This document shows positions 22,746-34,741 of a DNA stretch of 64,000 bases, in pieces (position 1 is the stretch's first letter; every line of letters starts with the position of its first letter). The translations under genes were made by a program, and so were the position numbers. The DNA lies in the IMG/VR virus record IMGVR_UViG_3300021426_000066, one strand, 5' to 3'. This stretch comes from a virus. Lineage: Duplodnaviria; Caudoviricetes. The notes under the pieces are model-generated. The model was not told the origin of the DNA. It did no database searches and worked only from the letters and a program-made list of their open reading frames with translations.

Positions 22746-23368
22746 TGTTTGGTGTATTAGTATACTATAGCACTATAAAAACGCATAAAACGGCTTTAAA
22801 ATGCATGCAAACATGGTATTTATTATTTTGGTGTCTGTTCTCCATATGAATATGGTCACAAAAATTTTTTTAAAAAACTTTTCAAAAAAAATAAGGGATT
22901 ATTATTTGTTCGGTATGGTATAGAGTGTAACAATTAATTAGTCACGTAACACATAGTTAAGGATTGAAACGGCATGATAAAAAAACCATGCAAAAAACAC
23001 ACGGGCATTACAATAATTCAGAATGTCATAACGCAAGAATTAAAAAGCGCGAATTTTTTGCATCAAAATTTTTATCTAATTTTTCAATCTGTTTATTGTT
23101 ACTGTCAAGGCTAACTCTAGGAAACAGGGGCAGAACTAGAGTAAACAGGCAGCGGTTTACCTGTGCAGACCGTTACTTAGCACAGTGTGGAGTATCCAAA
23201 AATACTAAGCTGAACTTGTTAGGCTGACAAGAATTTGACAAGTTGCTTTTCGGTGGATCGTTGACCTGCTGATAGTGGAACTACAGCAGAACCGTATATC
23301 ATTCCGTTTCTTCTTGCATCCTTATGAGCCTCTGAACTAACATTCAAACTCAATAAGGAGGAACTATC

Positions 23369-23641
23369 ATGAAGACGAGTTTGCATATATTAACTTTAAA
23401 CGGGGAAATTATTGCGATAGACACTGATAATATTGCAGATAATATCAAAACCTGTGCTAGATACCTGTCGGATAAAACTAGTGTCAGTGTTACTGATAGA
23501 ATTACTATCGGACATTATTACGCAGGAGATTATCCTGTTATCGGTGAGCCGATTGCTGAATATTCTCTGCAATTCGGCTTATTTCTCTATTACCCTGAAT
23601 TACCCACTGAAGACGAGATTGTCGAAGAAGAATATACCTAA
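23369..23641 (+). CDS. Hypothetical acidic protein (90 aa) bracketed by 27-nt inverted repeats
   Basis: AAGGAGG RBS; inverted repeats at 23311..23337 and 23661..23687. Confidence 0.7.
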   Translation: MKTSLHILTLNGEIIAIDTDNIADNIKTCARYLSDKTSVSVTDRITIGHYYAGDYPVIGEPIAEYSLQFGLFLYYPELPTEDEIVEEEYT

Positions 23642-23731
23642 TCTAACCTTATAGATCCCTGTTCAGGGGTTTATAAGGATGCAAGAACATGGTCTTGTAT
23701 CCTAATAAAATAATATTAGGAGGGCATCAAA

Positions 23732-24688
23732 ATGATGTACGAAACCATGAAGAAACAGGAACTTAAGGATCTCTGCAAGGAGAGAGGGCTGAAGACTACT
23801 GGAAATGTTAGCACTTTAATCTCCAGACTCACAGAAGCCGACAGAGCTGCCGAAGCTGCGAAGGCTGATGCTGGCAAAGGTGTCGGCGCTGATCGCAAGG
23901 AGGACTATGCAGTTAATGCAATGGCTCCTGCACTGAAAGCCGCAAATAAGACTAATAATCGGCGTGCTATCACTGAAGATGATGCTTTCGAAGCCGGCGT
24001 GGATTCTGAACGTTTCAGCCAGTGGAAGATCTGGTGCGAAGATCTGCACGAAATCGTAGATGACTATGTCATCAAAAAGCGTTCTCGCTCCAGTAATGAC
24101 AAAGAGCGGGCCGCTGCCAGATCTAAAATCTATCCTGCATGGAGAACTATGCTGAAAGTCGGAGAAGAAGACCTGCTGTCTCCGAAAATGTATCTCCGTG
24201 AAGACGACGTAGAATCTCTTGTAGGATTCTGTGAGGATTTTGTGGGTACTGCCGCAGGTACTGAGCAGGCAAGTGCCACAAAGACTAAGTTCCGCAAACT
24301 TGTAGAAACCCTGATCGGTTGCCGCATGAAGGGCTGTGAAACTCTGCCGAAGGATGACCGGGATCTTGTCATTCTCTTTGAAAGTGCTGTTCGTAGCCGT
24401 GATAATGCTGATAAAGCATTGAATGGCAACGAGAAGGTCAAGGGTATCTATGCCGATCTTGAGGCTGTAAAGAAGAGCCTCGAAGGACTGAAGACCTCCC
24501 TGTATAATCTGGGAGCCGCAGAAGAAACGATTAACGAACTTACCGCTGGTCTTCGCAACCGCCAGAAAGAGCTGAATGATGCAAAAATCAGATCCGAGAA
24601 GGCGAAGGCGAAGGCGGAAGCGACTATCTCCACTAATCAGACGAAGTACGATGAAATTATGGCCCGTATCACTGTTGTAGACTGGTGA
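23732..24688 (+). CDS. SAP-domain protein with C-terminal coiled coil
   Basis: N-terminal YETMKKQELKDLCKERGLKTTGNVSTLISRL matches the SAP motif; terminator at 24696-24718. Confidence 0.7.
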   Translation: MMYETMKKQELKDLCKERGLKTTGNVSTLISRLTEADRAAEAAKADAGKGVGADRKEDYAVNAMAPALKAANKTNNRRAITEDDAFEAGVDSERFSQWKIWCEDLHEIVDDYVIKKRSRSSNDKERAAARSKIYPAWRTMLKVGEEDLLSPKMYLREDDVESLVGFCEDFVGTAAGTEQASATKTKFRKLVETLIGCRMKGCETLPKDDRDLVILFESAVRSRDNADKALNGNEKVKGIYADLEAVKKSLEGLKTSLYNLGAAEETINELTAGLRNRQKELNDAKIRSEKAKAKAEATISTNQTKYDEIMARITVVDW

Positions 24689-24790
24689 TAATCTCAAGGG
24701 GAGCTTGTCTCCCCTTTTATGACACTCTGTGCAAGCCTCCCCGTGGCAGTGTTGGACTCTGCGTAAGCAGCTAATTGCACATTTTGTAAC

Positions 24791-27700
24791 TTGTTGTATA
24801 ATATCTGTAGCTACTTTGTCTGGAAAGGGGGTGATATTATCAAAAGAGAAACACTCCGTTTCCCTGTCTCCGCTCAGGAAGCTGTTCAAAACTTTGCAGA
24901 CTCTAACCCTGAAGCCGTAGCTAATCTTCTGGCAAAAGTGGAAGAAGAAATTTTGGACGAAGCAAGGGAAACTACTGAGCATCCTGAGAAAAGGAAAGAA
25001 CTTCAAGACCTGTGCAAAACATTAGAGGATATAGTAAAACCTTCTGATGGATGGGTGCGTATTCTTACGCCGCTGCAAAGGAAATGCCTTCGGCATTATG
25101 TTGAAGTCAATGTTGGAGACGGCACAATAATGGAAAGGGAAACCTTTTTAAAATTTCTAAATTGTTTAGAACATTTTAGTTATTGCGAATGGGAAACACA
25201 CGATGAGATAGTTTCTATGCAATTATCTTTTGAAGGTATCTACCAGTAGGACAAAGGAAAGGGACTCTATTTGAGTCCCTTTTTGTTTTGTAATTGTTTT
25301 TAAAGGAAGGGAAAACAAAATGTTCTTTGAAATCAAGAACCCTTATATCAACGATTCATCTGCTCGTCCTTATCTTTATTTTGGAACGGCAGAGGAAGTT
25401 ATGGTTTCTTCTGTTGATGAGATCATGAAAACCTGCATTCTGAACGATATTGAAATGGAAGAGAACGAAACAATCGTTGTTTCAAAGGAAACGAAGGGAA
25501 AGTCACATCAGAAGCCTCGCAGGAAAGACAATTCCCGCAAGGCAAAGGAACTTGCAAAGGAGCGTAAGGCTTACCGTATTAAGGCAAGAGAGCGCCGAGG
25601 CATCCAGCATTGGCTTCTCTACGATAGTGACAGAGACACTGATCGAGACGCACTAAAGGATCTTTTTCCTGTCGATCCTTGGAAACTGAAAACACGCAAG
25701 GAAAAGCGTCTTGAAGCATTTGCAAAAGAAATGCTTCAAGATGATGATAACCCGACTTGGGAGCAGGTAAACAACCTGCTTGAAGAGGAAGAGAAAGCAA
25801 AACAGTTTATTGCCGAGCAGAACGATCTGCTGGCAAAAATGCGAAAGGAAAAGAGTGAGCTGCTTACAAAACTCTCTCGTCTCGAACTTGAGATTGACAA
25901 GAAAGAAGAGATGGTCAACTGCTACGGAAACCGTTTTAAGCCTTGAAGCAAAGGAGGTCATTAATATGCCAAGATGGAAAAGCAAAGCAATTCGAACTGC
26001 AAAGGAACTGTGTTATCCTGCTGAAATAATAGATAAATTAATTACGGCAGATACAAAAGAAACAATTAGTCGTATTCTGATCACCGCTAGAGAAACGGTT
26101 ATCAAAAACAGCCTAAACAAAAAGGTAAACGAATATATCCCGGTTCCGCATTGTAGTGGAGTAGTTAGATATACCGCCTAACTAGGGAAACGGCTTGCAA
26201 CTCTGGGAACACTAAGGGAAATGAATTTCTCTTAGCAGACAGGTTCGATTCCTGTGCAAGCTAATCAAGGTTGCTAGAGTGACGAAGGGAAACTTCGGTG
26301 CTTATAGCGTAAAAGTCCTTAGTTGTATCTACAGCAACAGAAACAAAAAGGAGGAACAAGAATGACTTGGGAAGAAAAAGTAAAAATCGCCAATGAAGAA
26401 GAAAAGAAAATCGCTAATGAATACAGAACCATTGGTGAAGCAAGGCAGAACTGCAAATGGGGTGGACATTGTGCTTCTTGCATGTACTGTAAAGGAACTA
26501 TCCAGGTGTCTTATGACATTATGGATCGTATGAATATGAAGCATGATTACTGTATGTTTTCTCCAAAGGAGGAAAAATAATGAATCGTCTTAAAAAGGAA
26601 CTTACCGCCAAAGGAATCATTTATGAAAATGATGGCGGTTACGAGGAAGGGAGATCCCTTATTGCAGTAACTGACAAATTTATCATTACCCTTTGGGGCT
26701 GTAACGTTCTGCCAACGGAAATCCACTTGTTTGACAGGAACTTCAATCCCATTGGAATGCAGCTTCTTTTCCCTGAAGATATGCTGTTTTCGGAAGGGAA
26801 AACGTGGTGGAGTTATGTCTTCGGAGAGGAGGAACGGAAATGAAAAAGAACCTGTTTGTAACTATTATGCTTGTAGCCCTGATGTTCGCAACCGAAGCCA
26901 ACGGAATTTCTCCGTACCGCTTCTATAAGCGTCTCATCAAGAGAAACCATATTGGTGTTGTCAGAACCTACAACGCCGAGGATCTGACAGGCGAGATTCT
27001 CCGCAACAGAAACGGTGACATCATCATCGAAAAGATGATTGGAACCGTTGTGGACAAGAAAGGAAACGGAAAACTGTACGGAATGGGTAAGTACAATTAT
27101 ATCTCCTATAAGGGTGTCAAAGGCATCCGCAAGGGAGATGTTGTTTTGACGGTGGTAATTTACAACCCCGCCAATAATTATGAGGATGATATTGTCGAGC
27201 GGTTCGACTATATCATCGACAGGAAAGGGAAAAAGAAATGAAAAATTACTATCTCAATCTCGCAAGGGAAGCTTTCGAGAGAAATAACATGAGCCTGTAT
27301 TATTACTATATCTGGCTTGCCAGAAAGGAAAAGGAGGACTGATTATGATCTTTTATAAGGTGTCTATTTTTGCGGCAACTCGCAAATATATTGACGGCGA
27401 GTTTGTTGAAAGAGACGAAGAACACTTCTTCGCAAACGAAAGTAATGCAAATGCCTGTTTTGATCAGGCTATTGCAAAGTACAAGGAAAAGGGAGAAGGG
27501 GAACTTGAATACGACTCCAATGGAAAGGACTTCTTCCTTGCTATTGAATTGAATGAATGGGATGAATGGTTTTTTAGCGTTAGGCTGACAAAAAAGGAAA
27601 CGGAGGACTAATCATGGCAAGAGAAACCATCACCGAAGGTCAGGCAAAGGAATACTGGCGTGATCTGATCGGAGCGTTCTATCACGGTAAACAGCCGAAG

Positions 27701-28580
27701 GGAAATACAGGGATCCTCTATGTATTCGGTGTAGCCAACTGGTTGAATGTTACGGAAGAGAGAGCAACGGAAATCTGTAATGCTTGGGTAAAATACGGCA
27801 TTACTGAGAGACAGGGAGGAGGAATTGTAATATGAACAAAGGAAAGGAACTGGACGCAGTAACCATGCTCAGCGATCCCGAAAGGAAACGCATTTGCAAG
27901 AAAGTACAGCGTAATAAGAACAAGAAAGTCAAGAACTTCCTTACACCCGAAAAGGTAAAGGAAGTTCTTTTTAATATCGCTGAAATCAGCGTAATTGCAA
28001 CCATTGTTCTGCTTGTCGCCTAAAGAAAAGGAGTTCATAAATTGGACTTGGAACAATTCATCATTGATGTAACTGAAATCAGTGTATTCGTTGCGCTAAT
28101 TGGGTGGGTTCTGTAACTCGTTGGTAAAGCAAACAAATTAAATATTACACAAAAGAAAGGAAAAGAAAAATGGCTAAAAAGATCATGCCGAAAACTAGAC
28201 TCACGAAGGTAAACGTAACTCGCTGTAATTTCTGTAAGCTGGGGGATAAATACGAAGAGGCTTATGACAAGTTCACCGCCGAAGCAACAGAAAAGAATCC
28301 TGAAAAGAATTTCAAGGCTTGGTGGAGAGTTGATGACAAAGCACCCGGTGTTCCGGGTTATAAGATCACTACGTTTCGCGTTGCAACGGAAAATGATTGG
28401 CGAAATGAAGATGGTCTGACAGACGAAAGCACAACTTACGTCTGTGAAAACTGCATGGCGATCATCAATAAGTGCTTCAGTCATCTGGGAGAAGCTGAGG
28501 AAATCAGCTATGCCAGAAAGGAAACGAAAGTATTTCCTATGCCTGATCTTGAGGATATGGAAGAAAAAGAGGGAGAGTAA
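24791..28580 (+). CDS. Cluster of small early hypothetical ORFs (24791..25249, 25320..25946, 26323..26580, 26580..26843, 26804..27241, 27345..27611, 27614..27835, 27832..28023, 28170..28580)
   Basis: Consistent strand and RBSs; terminator at 25259-25287. Confidence 0.65.
26192..26263 (+). ncRNA. tRNA-like element lacking a D-stem and a canonical anticodon loop
   Basis: Acceptor GGCTTGC/GCAAGCT, perfect T arm ACAGG-TTCGATT-CCTGT, central stem CTAAGGGAAAT/ATTTCTCTTAG. Confidence 0.55.
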
Positions 28581-28667
28581 TCACTCTTCCTCTTTTGCAA
28601 AGTAAAGCAACCCAAAGGCAAAGCAAAACAACTGAATAAAGAAAAATAAACAATTTAAAAATGAAAG

Positions 28668-29627
28668 GTGGTTATACATAGAATGACAATGTTTGATATT
28701 ATTTTTGGAGCTAAAGGAACCGCAACTACAGCGACTACCGCAACAGAAAATGATGCTCTTGCTGATCTTTTTGATAACACTGAAGATAATGTTCAGAGGA
28801 TCGGTGAAATGGAAATCGCTTCCATTCCGCTGAAACTGTGTGAGATTGATCCTTCGTATCAGAGAGTCGATACATATACAGAAAGCGCCGTCAACAATAT
28901 TGCTGCCCATTGGGACAACACAAAAGTGGGTCTTCCCAAGGTAAGCCGTCATCCTGAAGAGAAAAGATATTATGTGATCGACGGTATGCACAGACTGTTT
29001 GCCGCAAGGAAGATTGGCAAGAAAAACCTGACTTGCGAGATCGTCACTCTGAGCAACAATCCAATGGAAAGGAGAAAGCAGGAGGCAACACTGTTTATTG
29101 GGCAGACTGATATTGATATCATGAAGCCTATGGATCAACACAAAGCAAAAGTAATGATGGGTATTCCTGAGTATGTCGCAGTGGATGAAATTATCAGAAA
29201 TACTGAAGGAGTTGAATTCAAGACACGCAACGGAAGGGGGAATGGTAAGCCTGGTCAGCTTACTGGTTATCAGGAATTTGTTAAAACATGTAAGGCAAGA
29301 GGGAAAGCACATGTTCAGAATGTTCTGGATGCTCTTATTGGTGCTGGATGGAATCTGTTTGGAAACGGACTTGGCAATAGACCGATTCGCATGGTCTCCA
29401 ATGTGCTGATTATGCACAAGGGAGACGAAGTGAAAGCAGAAATTGCAAGAGTTTTGCGTAACTATGATGTAAATCTTTTCCTGAGCAAGGCAAGAGGAGT
29501 ATACCCTGAATGTAAACCAACACAGGCAGCCACTCTTTATCTTGAAGATTATGTCTGTACTAATCTTGGCATTGAAAGGCTTATTGACCCTGAAGTAACA
29601 GAAAGATTTACACCTGACGTTGCATAA
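28668..29627 (+). CDS. ParB/Srx-like N-terminal domain protein (DUF6551-like)
   Basis: IDPSYQR, YYVIDGMHRL motifs. Confidence 0.7.
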   Translation: MVIHRMTMFDIIFGAKGTATTATTATENDALADLFDNTEDNVQRIGEMEIASIPLKLCEIDPSYQRVDTYTESAVNNIAAHWDNTKVGLPKVSRHPEEKRYYVIDGMHRLFAARKIGKKNLTCEIVTLSNNPMERRKQEATLFIGQTDIDIMKPMDQHKAKVMMGIPEYVAVDEIIRNTEGVEFKTRNGRGNGKPGQLTGYQEFVKTCKARGKAHVQNVLDALIGAGWNLFGNGLGNRPIRMVSNVLIMHKGDEVKAEIARVLRNYDVNLFLSKARGVYPECKPTQAATLYLEDYVCTNLGIERLIDPEVTERFTPDVA

Positions 29628-29634
29628 TCAATCA

Positions 29635-29705
29635 ACAAATTAAAGATTGACACATAAAGCGAACACATGTTATTATCTCCATCAAGAGAAACAAACATGT
29701 GTTCG
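29635..29705 (+). promoter_or_regulatory. Sigma-A promoter with ACAAATTAAA operator and two degenerate LexA boxes
   Basis: ACAAATTAAA 29635, TTGACA 29647, TATTAT ~29671, CGAACACATGTTA 29660, CAAACATGTGTTCG 29692. Confidence 0.65.
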
Positions 29706-29816
29706 CTTTACAATAGACAATGCAATTCAGCATTCAACTCTTGTAAAGTGAAACCTAGATTTACAAGTTCCTCCTCCTTTAAGTTGAGTGCTGAATTATG
29801 TTGTTTATTGTAAAGC
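29705..29816 (+). ncRNA. Long stem-loop leader or sRNA with an anti-SD-like loop
   Basis: 35-bp stem with four G-U pairs and one mismatch, enclosing a CTTGTAAA/TTTACAAG hairpin and TTCCTCCTCCTT. Confidence 0.5.
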
Positions 29817-32800
29817 AAATTAAATTAAGGAGGTCATGTGCAATGGCGAAGAAAAGAGAAACTGTAATGGAACTGAACGCAAAGAAAGTAAAAGCTGTTA
29901 TCGAAGCGGGCTTTCCTGTGTGTTTAGGATGGAGATGGAGCGAAAGCAGAGCAAGGGATACTTATGGCTATAATATCTGCACTTGTTACATTGACGGTAT
30001 TAAGGTAGGCAGAGCGATTGGCGGAGGCTACGACATGAAAGGAAGTAGCTTTGACCAGTTCCTGAATAATGCTTTTGCAGAGGAGCTGAAAGAACTTGAT
30101 GCAAGGGAAGAGTATTATGGACTGCGCCAGTATCATGGCAAGGTTAATGGCGCTTGTGGTTTATCCTGTATGTTGAATATCTTCAAGGCAATGGGATATG
30201 ATTATAACTTCCATCGCAATTCTAGATGCGAGGAAGAGTATATACTGATGAAGGAGGGAAGCTAATGGCCAAAGCAAAGAAGATCGAAAAGGTTATCAAA
30301 GTTCTGATTGGGGACATTGAAATGGAAAGGCATCACGTTCGCCAGTGGAAGCACCGTTATGATGATCAGAAAGCATCTGGCGCTAATGACAAGATGCTTC
30401 GTCTGTATCAGAACGATATTGACGAGCATGTTCGCAAAGTAAAGGAACTTGAGACGCTCATTGACTTCATGCAGGAGCTGTATTATGAGGAGGTGAAGTA
30501 ATGGATAATGAAGAAAGGAACACAAAATTAGAAGAATGCATTCAGGGCTTAATGCGTTTGAAAGCACAGGGAAGATTGAATGCAAAAATTATAATCACAA
30601 AAAGAGAAAGGGCAATTAAAAAGGGAGAACCCTATCCAATGTTTTATGATTGCGTTTGTATGGAAGAAGTGGATAAGGCAACAGAAAAAATAGAAAGTCT
30701 TATTGATTTTCTTAAAGGAGAGATGAAGTAATGGACAACAGAAAGTATAAGTACGTCACCAAATATGAAATCCGTGTAAACGGAAGACTGTTTGAGTTCA
30801 GCAAAACAAAGGAAAGACGGGATGAAATTGTCCCAATTCTGGAGCAGATGTATCCTGATGCCGAGATCACCGCTGAACCGAAAAGAGAACGTGTGTATCT
30901 GTAAGGAGGAAGACAAATGACATACATAATTACTTATGTCGTTGGCAACACATATAAAATGAAAAAAGTAAAAGCAAATACTATTGAAGAAGCAATCAAG
31001 AAATCAAGATTATCTAAATCCATTGTTGATATAGACATTTTGGAATATCAGGTAAGAGATAAGTATTTACTAAGGGATTTCTAATAGGAGAGAGAAGAAA
31101 TGATTGACATTAATGGAAAAGAATTTACCCCTGGTTTTACGTTCTGCTTGGCTGGAAGGGATTACTTCATTCCTTCCAATCTGGTCAAGAGAACAGATGG
31201 TCTCGCAAAAAAAATCTTAAAGAAACTTGGTTATTACCAGAACGAACAGAATATTGCATGGATGAAGTCGCATCTTCAGAGATGCGATATGACAGAAGAG
31301 AAATACGGACTGAAACTTTGTGGCGATCGTTACGGAAACAGATTTACACTTTATATCCCGAATAACGAAAGGGAAGATTTTATAGAGTTAGAGGTCATTT
31401 AATGAAGAAATTAAATAAGGAGGGAAATAAGAATGAAAGAAACGTTCCATGTAATATATATTATTATTGTGATGTTTTTGATGACATGGTTTTTTTTGCT
31501 AGGTAATGTTTGCGGAGTATGTTTCACTGGGTTTTTGTTAATTAATGCAAGATTTAATGAAAGGAAAGAAGAAGGAGATTGATATGGTCACGTTAGCAGA
31601 ACTTATGGAAATTACAAACGTTAGTCAGAAATATGTGCTTTGTGATGCCGATGGTCCAGAGGAGATAGGCAGATATGATTCAAAGGAAGACATTCCCGAA
31701 GAATATTATGACTGTCTTGTGATGGATCAATCCGCTTATCATAGTGAACTTTGGGTTGATATTCAGCTTTGATCGCTCGAAGGTAAAAGATATCAAGAAA
31801 GCAGCTAGAAGCTGAAATCGGGTCTGATTATTGGACTTGGACAATGGAAAGCGAGGTAAAAAACAATGATGATTCCGAGTAACTATGATGTGAATGTGGC
31901 AAGGATTACTTACTATCCAAGAGAGATCCCCAGATTCGTGCATTTCTGCACGATTGAACTGGGAGATATTCCCGAAACCGAAGCGAAAGCAAAGTTCGAT
32001 ATTCTGAAACAGCAGTTTACAGGAACAGAATGGAAACTGACACTGAGACGAATTCAGTGTACAGGAAGGGGTATTGAGGAGGTTTAATATGACAAAGTTG
32101 ACATCAAAAACCAGAAAAGTCAACATGAGAGAGATCCATTTTGTTCACGAAGGAAAAGTAAGAGTAGTTCACAGTTTTTCAACGGAAGAGCAGTTAAAGA
32201 TCATCCGTGATAAAGATGGAAATCTGTCTGAAGTAGATATTGAACTGCTTGCAAGGGATATTAAGTTGTGGGCGGACGAGAACAGAAAAGCTGTTGGATA
32301 TGATCATTGTATGCTTTGGAATGATAAAAAATACTTTTACTGCTATCCTCGCGCTGGCGAAGGAAAATGGGTACATGATTACTGCGAACTGAAAAAGTTT
32401 TATAAATATGCATCCGAAGACTGTGTGTTTCTTTTTAGTGTGGATGGCGCTTTATACAGAATTTTTAATTGCAATGAGCATCCAGTACCAAAAGCGAAAC
32501 TCGATGCATTACTTCATGCCTATGGACTGATGCTGGACTTTTCAGATTATTGTTTCTGGGAAGTTGTAAGCGAAAACAAATACTAATAAGGAGAATATAA
32601 GATGAATTTTACAGAAGAAGAAAAGGAAAAACTGCTTAATAAGAGATACGAAGTAATTGACAATATTCTTTCTCTGGCAAGTAAGCATGATAAAAAGTTC
32701 TTGCTCTTGTCGTTACTTTCAGAATATGAAAAGGAACTGGAATCTGATCTGGAACTGTTTCCCGTAGAGGAAGCGAAAAATCCATCTGAGGTCTATACCA

Positions 32801-34740
32801 GATTAAAGATGACGCAGCATAAGGCAACTGTTCATGAAATCATTGAAGTACTCGCAACGGAAATCTTCTAGGGGGTGATGATATGACCAAGGAAGAGAAA
32901 CTTGGTAAAGGAGTCGAGTTTGAAAGGATCAGAAGAATCACTGGCTATCTTGGAACTGTAGACCGCTTTAATAAAGCAAAGCAGAATGAAGAGAAAGATA
33001 GGGTGAAGCATTTATGAAACCAATCAAGTTTAAGAAGTTCGTAGATAGAAAGTTTTATATGGACGCTGATGTTGTTGAAATCTTTGACACCAACGGAAAA
33101 GAAGTTCATCCTCTGGAGGATATTGATGACGCAATGGTTCTGGAATATCGCAAGAGAGGTGGATGGCTTGAAATTACAATTCAGCGTCCAAGGATTCAGT
33201 ATAATCAGATTTCAATTATAAGAGAAAATGATGGTAGATATACGTGTTGTACAAAAGTAAACAATCGTTACTATTGCCATTCATATCTGTATTATACCAA
33301 GAGGGAAGCACTGAAACGGTTTTATGATTTAGTTAATTCAATGGTGGCATAAAAGAAAGGAGGTCAACAATGACTACATATTACAGATGGATCATCATTG
33401 ATGGCTCTGGTGCTGAAATCTCCAGAGATTATGCAACGCTCAAGGAAGCTGAATTCGACTTTGTATCTTATGCTAAACTGTTCAGCGGATGCAGAATTAA
33501 GAAGAAGAGATATCAGTATTATTAATTAGGAGGGAAATTAAATGTTCATTGGTGTTGGAATTGATTCTGATCACTATACGGATCTGGATTACTTCTTTGG
33601 TGAAACCGTTGATGAAGTGAAAGAAAAGTTCCGTGAATATCTGAAAGACTCTTTTGCTGAGGATGACCCTATTGTGTGGCAGGAGAATAACGAAGGGAAG
33701 GTAATAAGAGGAGAAACAAAGGCCAATAATTATTATTGGTATGTAGCTGAGATTTTTGAAGTACCGAAAAATAAATATTATCTGGTTTGGTATCACGCTT
33801 ACAATGGTGTGGGATTCAAAGTAAATAGTTTTAGCAGAGAAGTATTTGCACAGGGTCAGATGAGAGTAGAGTTTTCTGACTTCTTGACCGAGTTCGCCCA
33901 GTATGTTTGTGATGCTCACCTTGATCATGATAGTGCAATCATTGATGACGGAAACGAATGGAATATTTGGAAAATTATTAAGGAGGGAAATTAAATGAAA
34001 TACTATATCATTCCAAAAGTTGACATTGCAATGGAAATTAATGCAGATATCATGAACTGCAACAACAAGGCAGATGCAATGACCATCTTTGCTATCAATA
34101 TGGATTCTGACATGAATCAGTATTTTAAAGCTGTAACGGAAGAGGAATATGAAAACATGAAAAATGACAAAGATTTTGGAACATATAAGAGAACGGTAAT
34201 TGATTTTATGCGAGATGTCGCTCTTGATAATTTCTATATTCCTGAAGCAGATGCAAACGATGTGGCATATGATGCATATGAAAAATTCTGCGAGGGAAAG
34301 GAATCTCTTACTCAGTATGAATGTGTAAATATTGTTTGTAACCAGTATTGGGAAGAACATGACGATGGCGAAGATGACGAAGACGAGGACGAAGACGACG
34401 AGGAGTGATGTAATTGCAAAGTAAACATTATTTGAAACCCGAAGTGAAAGCAGGTAAATTTTCTCCGTATGAGCAGATTGCACTTGCATCGGTAGAAAAA
34501 TCAATCCGTGATTGGATTGATTTAATGACACACGATGATAAGTATAGACCAGAATGGATGCACAAGAGAAAGTATCCTACCAAAGCAGATGCAGTTGCTG
34601 ACATTGAACGGTTTATGTTAAGCGAAGACTGGAAAATGTATACAGATCTTGATGGCAGGAAGATACTAGACAAATTATATTCGATGTATGATTCTGGCGA
34701 ATTAAAAGTACCAGAAACAATGTTTAGGAGGGTAAGTTAA
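29798..34740 (+). CDS. Cluster of small hypothetical ORFs (29798..30265, 30226..30501, 30501..30731, 31100..31402, 31545..31772, 31866..32087, 32074..32586, 32602..32871, 33014..33352, 33542..33994, 33995..34408, 34414..34740)
   Basis: Co-oriented, translationally coupled ORFs with RBSs. Confidence 0.65.
32883..33017 (+). CDS. Stand-alone NrdD C-terminal glycyl-radical-domain mini-protein (44 aa)
   Basis: Below the ORF track cutoff. MTKEEKLGKGVEFERIRRITGYLGTVDRFNKAKQNEEKDRVKHL; RITGYL and N..K..E..DR match the class III RNR C-terminus. Confidence 0.75.
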   Translation: MTKEEKLGKGVEFERIRRITGYLGTVDRFNKAKQNEEKDRVKHL

Positions 34741-34741
34741 A

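Noticed and set aside
23816-25006. 396-aa minus-strand ORF
   Set aside because: Antisense shadow of the codon-biased SAP-domain gene; no RBS or motif
33497-34531. 344-aa minus-strand ORF (also 28581..29417, 37861..38742, 41820..42395)
   Set aside because: Antisense shadows of well-formed plus-strand genes, with the hydrophobic I/F-rich composition typical of shadows
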